A DNA stretch of 64,000 nt from an uncultured Candidatus Saccharibacteria bacterium (lineage in GTDB: Bacteria > Patescibacteriota > Minisyncoccia > Phycocordibacterales > WO2-35-19), in contig CAZVUY010000005.1 in the NCBI GenBank assembly GCA_964630525.1, forward strand, positions 1,379-65,378, written 5' to 3'. Shown here in pieces: positions 55,844 through 64,000 of the stretch. Within the stretch, counting starts at the first letter, position 1. Every line of letters begins with the position of its first letter. The notes beneath the pieces are model-generated. The model searched no databases, was not told the DNA's origin, and worked only from the letters and a program-made list of their open reading frames with translations. A program made the position numbers and the translations under genes.

Positions 55844-57072
55844 TTGGTAGTTTTAGCAAAAACAACATTATAAATAGCTCTGGTCATCCACAAAGGAGCG
55901 ATCATTGTATAGAGCATGAGGAAAAGAATGCTATCAATACCAAATTTCGTTTTCTCTTCAGCCAAACCTCTTGAGGTAACAATGATGAAGAGGGTACCAG
56001 TGATGGCAACGAGGGACACAAAAACGATCATGTTTGTGTTGAAGTAGAAAAGGTCAAAGTTGAAACCGTTGAAAACAATTCCCACCTCAGCGATTTCCCT
56101 GATTTTGGTTAACCCCAGATCCAGCCACTTCAGAATGGTGGAACCAAAGAAAAACATGGTTGAAAAAACAGAAAAACCAGCCGCCGGTAAAACCGTGACT
56201 CCGAGATGGCCGTATTGAGGTTTGAAAAACATGTCTCGATAATCGATAGCATTCTTCAAAAAACCGTAAACCCAGCGCAACCTTTGTTTATAAAGGCGGT
56301 AGAGGGAAGTCGGAGCTACTGTATAAATAAAAGCATCATGGGCATTGCTGATTCGCATTCTATTTTTCTGCATTCTCATGGCTATCTCCATATCTTCGGT
56401 GTTATGCGCCTTACGATAACCGCCTATCTCTCGGAAAACTTGCCGACGAAAAATAGAGAAGGGGCCAGGGGTGATGTAGATCGCATCGAGATGAGCGAAA
56501 ACTCTTCTTAAGAAAATACCGAACATATATTCTGATTTTTGAACCATTCCCAAGATACCTTTTGGGTTGAAAATTTTGACTGACGGGGTGACCGCCATCA
56601 CATCTTTCTCTTTCAAAAATCTAGCGACAATCCTCTTGAGTGCCTGTGGGTGTACGAAGGAGTCGGCGTCCAAGCAGCCGACCAAATCAGTATTGATAAA
56701 TTCGAGCGCATAATTGAGAGCAGTATGTTTGCCCCCATTTTCTTTGCGAAGTAGCTTCACTTGTTTATTGCGCACAAATCTCTGCACCACTTTCCAGGTA
56801 TTGTCAGTACTACCATCGTCGACAATAAAGATAGAGAGCTTGTCTTTAGGATAGTCGAGCTTGAGTAAAGAAAAAATGGTCTTGAGAACGGTTTTTTCTT
56901 CGTTCCAGACCGGCACAATGACTGAAACTGTAGGTAGTTTGCCAGTCAAAACAGAGAGGGTCTGGGCCTCTTTTTTATCCTTCTCTTTGATTTCAAAATA
57001 AGTGATCAGGAAAAAGACCTCGACATAGAGGGCAATAAAAAGCATGACATGGGTAAGCACTTCAGCAATCAT
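55834..57072 (-). CDS. glycosyltransferase family 2 (processive type)
   Basis: DDGSTD, GGKHTALN, LDADS, TED, QRLRW. Confidence 0.95.
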   Translation of the reverse strand: MIAEVLTHVMLFIALYVEVFFLITYFEIKEKDKKEAQTLSVLTGKLPTVSVIVPVWNEEKTVLKTIFSLLKLDYPKDKLSIFIVDDGSTDNTWKVVQRFVRNKQVKLLRKENGGKHTALNYALEFINTDLVGCLDADSFVHPQALKRIVARFLKEKDVMAVTPSVKIFNPKGILGMVQKSEYMFGIFLRRVFAHLDAIYITPGPFSIFRRQVFREIGGYRKAHNTEDMEIAMRMQKNRMRISNAHDAFIYTVAPTSLYRLYKQRLRWVYGFLKNAIDYRDMFFKPQYGHLGVTVLPAAGFSVFSTMFFFGSTILKWLDLGLTKIREIAEVGIVFNGFNFDLFYFNTNMIVFVSLVAITGTLFIIVTSRGLAEEKTKFGIDSILFLMLYTMIAPLWMTRAIYNVVFAKTTKWR

Positions 57073-57135
57073 GGGTGTTCAGTCTTCTAACTATAGCACA
57101 ACTTATAGCAATATAATAATCAACCGGTTCGGTAT

Positions 57136-58272
57136 TTAACGGATCACTGCTCCGTAGGCTTCTTTGGTCCTTTCTTCCAATTTTTTATGGAGAGCGTCTA
57201 CTTCGGCGCCAGTCAGAGTCTTATCGAGCGAACGGTAGATGATCCGGTAAGCGTAAGATTTTTTGTCAGAACCAAACTTTGTATCATTTTCATATTCGTC
57301 CAGAAGTTTTACCTCCTCGATCATCTCCTCTCCGACCGTTTCTCGGATTAGATCAAAATAATCGTTCGGTACAAAAGATTTTGGCACCACAAAGGAAATA
57401 TCGCGCACCACGGGCGGGTATTTGCTCACTTCCTGGAATTTTTGACCAAGGACTAGCTGTTTTTTGACCCTCTCATCGTCCGACCAGAGCAAGCGGATAT
57501 CAGGCAAAGACATCGAAGCGATGGCGAGTCTTTCTAGACCAAAACCGAAAGCCCAGCCATGATAGCCTTCCAAACCAAAGTTTGAGAGTACACTTTTGCG
57601 AGCCATCCCTGAGCCGAGCATCTCGATCCACTGCTCATTGATAAAAGCTTCCATTTCAAAACTTGGATCAGTGTAAGGAAAATTGTGATCATAAAATCTA
57701 AATTCTGTATTTTCACCAAAAATACTTTTGGCCACTTCCGAGAGAGTATTTTTCAAATCTTCTGGAGTGATGGTCTGCTTGTCGTCAGGAGCAATATAGA
57801 GGCCGCCAAATTGGTGGAAAACATTCATGTGGCGACTATCTATCTCGTCTTTGCGATACACTTTACCAAAGCAAACCGCACCTAAAGTCTCCTTGTTTGC
57901 GATCCGCTTCTTTATTTCGGGATGATTCAAATAGTAATACCAAAAAACAGTGTCGTGAGTGCGAAGCACGTTTTCTTCATCGATATAATAAGTGTCTGAC
58001 TTGCTACGAGCTGGGTGGCCTTCGGGCATGTTGAAAAGATCGAAGAGAATTTTGGCTGGGATGATTTCAGGAATCTCGATCACATCAAAACCAGCCAGAC
58101 TTTTGACCTTCAGCGCTCGGTCAACGATCTCCTTGAGCGGACTGCCTTCGGTCCTCGAAAGGTCAGGCATCGATAAATAGCGCTTGATCCGAGCCGCCTC
58201 GGTATCTTGCCTTTTATCCAACTCATTTATCAATCTTTTCTCCTCCTCTCGAGAAATCGTGTAGTAACTCAT
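57136..58272 (-). CDS. pheS: phenylalanyl-tRNA synthetase, alpha catalytic domain fused to FDX-ACB (mitochondrial-like monomer)
   Basis: HPARSKSDTYY, YRKDEIDSRHMNVFHQ, FPYTDPS, AFGFGLERL, PDIRL, then SKYPPVVRDISF...YRSLDKTLT. Confidence 0.92.
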   Translation of the reverse strand: MSYYTISREEEKRLINELDKRQDTEAARIKRYLSMPDLSRTEGSPLKEIVDRALKVKSLAGFDVIEIPEIIPAKILFDLFNMPEGHPARSKSDTYYIDEENVLRTHDTVFWYYYLNHPEIKKRIANKETLGAVCFGKVYRKDEIDSRHMNVFHQFGGLYIAPDDKQTITPEDLKNTLSEVAKSIFGENTEFRFYDHNFPYTDPSFEMEAFINEQWIEMLGSGMARKSVLSNFGLEGYHGWAFGFGLERLAIASMSLPDIRLLWSDDERVKKQLVLGQKFQEVSKYPPVVRDISFVVPKSFVPNDYFDLIRETVGEEMIEEVKLLDEYENDTKFGSDKKSYAYRIIYRSLDKTLTGAEVDALHKKLEERTKEAYGAVIR

Positions 58273-58328
58273 TGTGTCTAAAATTAAGCTTTATTTTATC
58301 TTCAGGATTTGCTATAATATAGCAAAAT

Positions 58329-60395
58329 ATGGACAAAAAGAAAGCTAAAAGCAGCGATTACAGCGCCGAATCGATCACCGTTCTCGAAGGATTGGAGCCG
58401 GTGCGCAAGAGGCCCGGCATGTACATCGGTACGACTGGTCCAGACGGTCTCCATCATTTAATCTGGGAAATTTTTGACAACTCTCGCGACGAAGCGATGG
58501 GTGGCTTTTGTGATGAGATCGAGGTGGCTCTTTTGCCTGGCAACCGGATCAGGGTCGTCGACAACGGTCGCGGTATCCCCGTCGACGTCCACAAACAGAC
58601 CAAAGTGTCGGCCCTTGAGACCATCATGACCACTCTCCACGCCGGAGGTAAGTTTGGCGGCGATGGCTACAAGGTTTCCGGCGGTTTGCACGGTGTCGGT
58701 GCTTCAGTGGTCAACGCTCTCTCAGTTTATATGCGAGCCGAAGTTCACAAGGACGGCGGTGTTTATGTCCAAGAATATTCAAAAGGCAAGAAAAAGGCTC
58801 CGGTCAAAAGGGTGGGTTCAACCAAACACAGTGGTACCATCATCACTTTTGAACCTGATATCGAAATATTCAAAGAAATAGATTTTGATTGGAACAGGGT
58901 AGTGGCTCACCTGCGCCAACAAGCCTATCTAGTCAAAGGTCTCAAAATTTCCACCCTTGACCTTCGAGAAGCCAAAGAAAAAATAAAAGATACGGAAACT
59001 TTTTATCTAAAAGATTTAAAAATCGACGCTCCTTCGATCAGCTTTTATTTCGAAGGGGGTCTCATGTCGCTCATTCGCTTTTACAATTACACTCAAAAGC
59101 CAATTCACAAAAATATTTTCTACGTTGAAAAAACCAACGAAAATTTTGAGGGAGTGGAGATCGCTTTGCAATACGTCGATGACATTTCGGCCCGTATCAT
59201 GCCTTTTGCCAACAATATTTACAACAGTGAAGGTGGTACTCATATCACTGGTTTTAAGACCGCTCTCACCCGCACCCTAAACACTTACGCCAAGAAAAAC
59301 AATCTGATCAAAGAAGGGGAGGATGCTTTTACTGGAGAAGATGTGCTCGAAGGACTCACCGCCGTCGTCTCGGTCAAGCTACGTGAAATCCAGTTTGAAG
59401 GTCAGACCAAAGCCAAACTCGGCAGTGTGGAAGCTCAAAGCATGGTCACTAGCGCTTTTGGCGACGCTTTTGCCGCTTTCCTCGAAGAAAACCCTGACGA
59501 TGCCAAAGCAATGATCAATAAAGTAGTCTTGGCCCTTAGGGCCCGCAAAGCCGCCAAGGCCGCCAAAGACTCGATTTTGCGCAAAGGCGCTTTAGAAGGG
59601 ATGACTTTGCCGGGTAAACTGGCTGATTGCCAAAGCAAGTCTGCCGAAGAATCAGAGCTCTTTATAGTGGAGGGAGATTCAGCCGGTGGTACCGCCAAGG
59701 CGGGTCGCGACCGCAGGACTCAAGCCATTTTGCCTTTACGTGGCAAAATTTTGAATATAGAACGGGCTCGATTGGACAGAATGCTTGCTTCGGAGCAAAT
59801 AAAAAATCTAGTGGTCGCTTTGGGTACCGCGATCGGTGATACCTTCGACATCGCTAAACTTCGTTACCACAGGATCATCATCGCCACCGATGCCGACGTG
59901 GACGGCGCTCACATCCGCACTCTTATTTTGACTTTGTTCTATCGTTACTTCCGACCACTCATCGACGGCGGCTTCATTTATATCGCTCAACCACCACTTT
60001 ATAAAATCAAAAAGGGGAAAGAAATCCATTACGCCTATGGTGACGAGGAAAAAGCGAGAGTTTTAGAAAAGCTGGGCGTTAAAAAAGATACAGAGATTGA
60101 AGAAACTACCGATTCAGAAGAACAACAAGAAGAAGAATCAGAAGGCTCTAAGCTCCAAGCTTCAAACTCTAAGCTGGCCAAGGTTTCGGTGCAGCGTTAC
60201 AAAGGTCTCGGAGAAATGAATGCTGAGGAACTTTCAGAAACAACTATGCATCCCAGAAATCGTATCTTAAAACAAGTGACTGTCGAAGAAGCCGGCGAAG
60301 CTGACCGTATCTTTGATATATTGATGGGTACCGACGTCCCATCCCGCAAATCTTTCATTCAGTCGAATGCCAAACTGGCTACCATTGACAGTTAG
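58329..60395 (+). CDS. gyrB: DNA gyrase subunit B
   Basis: VRKRPGMYIG, DNGRGIP, EGDSAGG, PLRGK, DADVDG, RYKGLGEM. Confidence 0.95.
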   Translation: MDKKKAKSSDYSAESITVLEGLEPVRKRPGMYIGTTGPDGLHHLIWEIFDNSRDEAMGGFCDEIEVALLPGNRIRVVDNGRGIPVDVHKQTKVSALETIMTTLHAGGKFGGDGYKVSGGLHGVGASVVNALSVYMRAEVHKDGGVYVQEYSKGKKKAPVKRVGSTKHSGTIITFEPDIEIFKEIDFDWNRVVAHLRQQAYLVKGLKISTLDLREAKEKIKDTETFYLKDLKIDAPSISFYFEGGLMSLIRFYNYTQKPIHKNIFYVEKTNENFEGVEIALQYVDDISARIMPFANNIYNSEGGTHITGFKTALTRTLNTYAKKNNLIKEGEDAFTGEDVLEGLTAVVSVKLREIQFEGQTKAKLGSVEAQSMVTSAFGDAFAAFLEENPDDAKAMINKVVLALRARKAAKAAKDSILRKGALEGMTLPGKLADCQSKSAEESELFIVEGDSAGGTAKAGRDRRTQAILPLRGKILNIERARLDRMLASEQIKNLVVALGTAIGDTFDIAKLRYHRIIIATDADVDGAHIRTLILTLFYRYFRPLIDGGFIYIAQPPLYKIKKGKEIHYAYGDEEKARVLEKLGVKKDTEIEETTDSEEQQEEESEGSKLQASNSKLAKVSVQRYKGLGEMNAEELSETTMHPRNRILKQVTVEEAGEADRIFDILMGTDVPSRKSFIQSNAKLATIDS

Positions 60396-60433
60396 TAGAT
60401 TACTGATAGGTTTTAAACAGAAAGGAAATCTCT

Positions 60434-60622
60434 GTGTCCTACGATCCAAAACCAGATGCCACTAAAATAATAGTGGTGCGTGGACGTCTCAGTGAGATAA
60501 AAGAAGAGGCAGACTTTATTGCTTTAGACCCAGAAGGTAAAACCCTAAAATTCGTGAGCCACGAAACCGGTCTTACCTACACCTATCCATTAAGCAACGT
60601 GCGCTCTATCGAATTTATTTAG
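60434..60622 (+). CDS. small hypothetical protein
   Basis: 62-aa ORF with AAAGGA RBS. Confidence 0.5.
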   Translation: MSYDPKPDATKIIVVRGRLSEIKEEADFIALDPEGKTLKFVSHETGLTYTYPLSNVRSIEFI

Positions 60623-60660
60623 AATGCGGACAGTACGAGCTCCCATTGTTGATGGGAGCT

Positions 60661-61881
60661 CTAATTTTTTCTTTCCTTAATTTCTGCTTGAATGTTGGAA
60701 ATGAAGTTTGCAAGCGGCATGGTGCCGAGTTTTTCATTGCGAGACTCGACGGTCACTTCTTTGGATTCAACTTCTTTGTCGCCAACGACTAGCAAGTAAG
60801 GGATCTTTTGTATCTTGGCATCGCGAACTTTTTTGCCCAAAGTTTCGTTTGATTCGTCTATTTCAACCCTGATGCCTCCTTCTCTCAATTTTTCAAAAAT
60901 AGATTGAGCATATTCGTTGTGCTTTTCGCTCACCGGCAAAACCTGCACCTGCACCGGCGAGAGCCAAGTAGGAAAGGCGCCTCCCAGATGTTCCAGCATT
61001 ATAGACATAAAACGTTCAAAAGAACCCATGATAGCCGCATGAATCATAACAATTCTCTCTTTCTCATTTTTTTCATTTACACAAGTGAGATCAAAACTCT
61101 CTGGCATATTTACATCAAGCTGAATAGTGGCCACCTGCCAATCCCGGCCCAACGAATCTTTACTCATAAAATCTAGTTTTGGTGCATAAAAAGCTGCTTC
61201 ACCAGATGCTTCAAAATATTCTGTTTTATTTTCGGACGCTACTTCTTTTAAGATTTTTTCTGCCTTTTGCCATAACTCCGTATTACCTAGATATTTTTCG
61301 AGATGATTCATGTCTCGCAAAGAGAGTCTTAAACGCAAACTCATACCAAAAGTCTCATAAAAGATATGTACAATATCCCAGATTTTTTGGATTTCTTCTT
61401 TTGCGTCTTGAATGCGACAAAAAACATGAGCATCATCTTGAGTAAAAGAGCGTACTCTTGATAAGCCATTCAATTCTCCCGATTGTTCATCTCGATAACA
61501 CATGGTTGAGTTGGCGTATCTTTGTGGAAGTTCGCGATAACTCCAAGGTTTACGAGCATAAATTTGTGTGTGATGTGGGCAATTCATCGGCTTCAAAGCA
61601 AACTCATCACCTTCACGAGTTTTTATTCTAAACAAGTCATCTTTGAATTTGTCCCAGTGACCACTTGTTTGGTATAGGTCTTTTTTTGTTATATGGGGAA
61701 TTTCAACTTTTTCATAACCTCTGGCTTTACGCAATTCCCAAACAAAATCATCTAATAAATTTCTCAAAATTGTCCCTTTTGGTGTCCAAAGCGGTAAACC
61801 ACTTCCTACCAAATCAGAAAAAGTAAAAAGGTCCAACTCGCGCCCGATCTCCCGATGGTCATTTTTGTTTAGTTCGCTCAT
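60661..61881 (-). CDS. thrS: threonyl-tRNA synthetase lacking the N-terminal TGS/editing domains
   Basis: Starts at DHREIG; KPMNCPHH, RVRSFTQDDAH, ATIQLD, GSFERF; C-terminal anticodon domain. Confidence 0.95.
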   Translation of the reverse strand: MSELNKNDHREIGRELDLFTFSDLVGSGLPLWTPKGTILRNLLDDFVWELRKARGYEKVEIPHITKKDLYQTSGHWDKFKDDLFRIKTREGDEFALKPMNCPHHTQIYARKPWSYRELPQRYANSTMCYRDEQSGELNGLSRVRSFTQDDAHVFCRIQDAKEEIQKIWDIVHIFYETFGMSLRLRLSLRDMNHLEKYLGNTELWQKAEKILKEVASENKTEYFEASGEAAFYAPKLDFMSKDSLGRDWQVATIQLDVNMPESFDLTCVNEKNEKERIVMIHAAIMGSFERFMSIMLEHLGGAFPTWLSPVQVQVLPVSEKHNEYAQSIFEKLREGGIRVEIDESNETLGKKVRDAKIQKIPYLLVVGDKEVESKEVTVESRNEKLGTMPLANFISNIQAEIKERKN

Positions 61882-62090
61882 GGTTTTATGGTAGCAATTT
61901 ATCAAAATTTTTGCTACAGTCGAGATGATCCAACAACCCAGACCCAGAGGGGACATGACTGGGAGCCTTTCGCGAAGAACGGGTCAAACCCTACAGAGTT
62001 GCGACTCTGTCATGCCGTGTCTAGTGGAGTATACACGCTAAACACGGCATTTTTAATTTAAGAATAAATTTTAAGCCCGATTGTCCACTT

Positions 62091-62106
62091 TATCGCGGTC
62101 GCGATA
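62091..62106. repeat. 16-bp near-palindrome, exact inverted repeat of 62709-62724
   Basis: TATCGCGGTCGCGATA versus TATCGCGACCGCGATA. Confidence 0.85.
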
Positions 62107-62123
62107 TTTAGTACAATCTATTT

Positions 62124-62696
62124 ATGAGAGATGAGACTAAGAAAAAGTTGGCTTCAGTCGGTAAAGATATTTTGATCACAGTGGGTATTTTGGGGTTCGT
62201 AGCAATTGCCGCAGTCTCAGGGAATGCAGTGCAGTTGCTCAAATACACCCCTCTGGGTAATCACAGGCGAAGATACAAAACTTACGAAATAAATAGGGGT
62301 ATTAAAAAACTTTTAGACAAGGGATTTCTGAGTAAAAAATCACATAAAAACGTTGAAAGTTTGGTGATTACCGAAAAAGGAAAGAAATTGCTTCAAAAAT
62401 ATGAATTGGAAAGTTTAGCTAAAGAAAAGCCACCGAAGTGGGATAAAAAATTTCGAGTTGTTATCTTTGATATATCAGAACAAAGAAAGAAAACGCGTGA
62501 CCGCTTGAGGATGAAGCTCCGTGGTTTTGGATTTTTATGTTTACAAAACAGTGTATGGATATACCCTTATGATTGCCAAGAAATTATCGAGCTACTAAAA
62601 CAATATTTGGAATTAAAAGGGGAAGTGATTTATATGAGTGTTGATTCTATTGAAAATGATGCCTGGCTAATAGAGAGTTTTGGATTAAAGAGGTGA
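62124..62696 (+). CDS. PaaX-like protein (winged helix + Cas2-like ferredoxin domain)
   Basis: ITEKGK wing, WDKKFRVVIFDISE..RDRLR..GF..LQNSVWIYPYDC. Confidence 0.85.
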   Translation: MRDETKKKLASVGKDILITVGILGFVAIAAVSGNAVQLLKYTPLGNHRRRYKTYEINRGIKKLLDKGFLSKKSHKNVESLVITEKGKKLLQKYELESLAKEKPPKWDKKFRVVIFDISEQRKKTRDRLRMKLRGFGFLCLQNSVWIYPYDCQEIIELLKQYLELKGEVIYMSVDSIENDAWLIESFGLKR

Positions 62697-62849
62697 GGTT
62701 GTTCTTTTTATCGCGACCGCGATATTTTGGGCAGTTGGTATTTCTGAGTATTTTTGATTAATTCGAGTTTTGATAATACCAACTCCGCAAAAATAACACT
62801 GTTGATTTATTTATTTATTTGTAGTTATATAAAAAAGGAGGTAGTACTT

Positions 62850-63101
62850 ATGAGTGACAACATTGAGACTGACATGGTCAGATCTTTGGGGCTTGAAAAT
62901 ATGGCCCTAGAGGACCTTATCGGTTTAAAATTCAGAGCCAAACTCTCTGGTGGTCGGTTTTGGGTTGGGACAGTAGTTGGAGTGTCTTTCGGGGGCATAA
63001 GTTCTTTTTGTTTGCACACGTCCGTCGGCACTTTTTTCAAAAGAACTGACGGGTGGGCGACCAAGGAAAATTCTTGGCCAGTCACCTTTGTTTGGAAGTA
63101 A
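62850..63101 (+). CDS. small hypothetical protein (83 aa)
   Basis: AAGGAGG RBS before ATG 62850. Confidence 0.55.
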   Translation: MSDNIETDMVRSLGLENMALEDLIGLKFRAKLSGGRFWVGTVVGVSFGGISSFCLHTSVGTFFKRTDGWATKENSWPVTFVWK

Positions 63102-63146
63102 CCAAAAGGCTCCGTATACATCATTGGGTATGCGGGGCTTTTTCAT

Positions 63147-64000
63147 TTACAACTTCTTCGTTTTTTCGACAATCAGCGACTTTTCGCCATTGCGTAGAGA
63201 CACCTTGGCCTTCACGACGATACATTCATCTGGACTAAAAGTGTTTGGGAATTCTAGCAAAGTGCGGGGAAAGACCACCACCTCGATTTCGTCAGAAAGA
63301 TCAGCCAACTTGATAAAAAGCATTTTTTCGCCTCCTTTGGTTAGGATCTCCTTGATATTGGTGACCAGCCCCGCGACCACTACTGTCTCATTTTCTTTTG
63401 ATTTTTCTTTGATAGTGCTGATATTTACTTTTTGGGTTTTGAGTTTTTCGGCAAATTGCTCAAGTGGGTGACCAGAAACATACAGACCCAGCAATTCCTT
63501 CTCCCAACTCAACCGCTCCCGCAAAGACACCGGATCGGCCTTTTCTAAATGCAGCGGGGAATAGCCGCCGCTTGAAAGCGAAACAAAAAGAGAGTCTTGG
63601 TTGTTGTTGGTATGAGACTCTTTGTTGTACTCAAGCAAGCGATCCATGTTCGCCAGCAGCGAGCCGCGCTCACCAAAAGCATCCATTGCCCCAGATTTGA
63701 TCAGCGCTTCCAAAGATTTTTTGTTTAGATTGCGATCTTGAATCCTCGTCAAAAAATCTTCCAAAGATTTGAACGGGCCGTTCGTTTTTCTCTCTGTCGT
63801 GATGGTTTGAGCAATACCTTCGCCAAAATTTTTGATGGTGGTGAGCCCAAAACGAATCGTTTCGCCTTCCTTTGCCAAACGCTCGGAATCTTTTTTGATC
63901 AGGGTAAAATCGGAAAAACTTTCATTGATATCAGGCGGCAAAATTTCAATACCCATTCTTTTGCATTCTGCGACCGAACGAGCCACCTTTTCGGTATCGC
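63147..64000 (-). CDS. dnaE: DNA polymerase III alpha subunit, C-terminal part (truncated by window edge)
   Basis: ILPPDINES, IRFGL, WEKELLGLYVSGHPL, OB fold. Confidence 0.96.
   Translation of the reverse strand, partial: DTEKVARSVAECKRMGIEILPPDINESFSDFTLIKKDSERLAKEGETIRFGLTTIKNFGEGIAQTITTERKTNGPFKSLEDFLTRIQDRNLNKKSLEALIKSGAMDAFGERGSLLANMDRLLEYNKESHTNNNQDSLFVSLSSGGYSPLHLEKADPVSLRERLSWEKELLGLYVSGHPLEQFAEKLKTQKVNISTIKEKSKENETVVVAGLVTNIKEILTKGGEKMLFIKLADLSDEIEVVVFPRTLLEFPNTFSPDECIVVKAKVSLRNGEKSLIVEKTKKL

Noticed and set aside
62124-62696. Bona fide cas2 of the CRISPR locus
   Set aside because: It lies 50 kb away, is fused to a winged helix and belongs to a PaaX-like family common in CPR; kept only as speculation
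1-64000. Alternative genetic code (TGA recoding, code 25)
   Set aside because: Conserved genes are intact under code 11 and several end at TGA (htpX, prfA, effector)

Overview
This is a 64 kb chromosomal segment that looks like a Patescibacteria/CPR (Parcubacteria-like) genome. That assignment is an inference from the reduced gene set, frequent leaderless TATAAT-N6-ATG starts, short aminoacyl-tRNA synthetases and a PaaX/Cas2-like gene. Most of the window is housekeeping: uvrA, truB, rmuC, rplU, recR, dnaB, htpX, trxB, ftsZ/ftsA, ybeY, pth, nrdJ, gap-rpiB-rpe-tkt-fba, rplY, rpmE, prfA, rpsB, tsf, pheS, gyrB, thrS, dnaE, and 5 tRNAs plus one broken tRNA. The outstanding feature is a compact CRISPR locus (about 9280-12910) between rmuC and rplU. 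It holds a 421-aa TnpB/Cas12-like protein whose RuvC-II and RuvC-III catalytic residues and zinc finger appear lost, and a 243-aa Cas1 that keeps its catalytic residues but lacks the N-terminal beta domain. No cas2 or cas4 is present. Two arrays (39-nt repeat, 7 spacers of 30-32 nt each) flank these genes. On the minus strand, each array is preceded by its own promoter and a conserved, covarying 188-nt structured RNA element, and ends in a terminator. Secondary candidates include several stand-alone structured ncRNAs with their own promoters, an RNA with an 18-nt perfect complement of the 16S rRNA 3' end, an orphan MazF with a convergent tetraloop-rich sRNA, a repeat-protein surface filament operon and a beta-barrel-like protein. 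All protein calls come from motif recognition by eye; no database searches were run.
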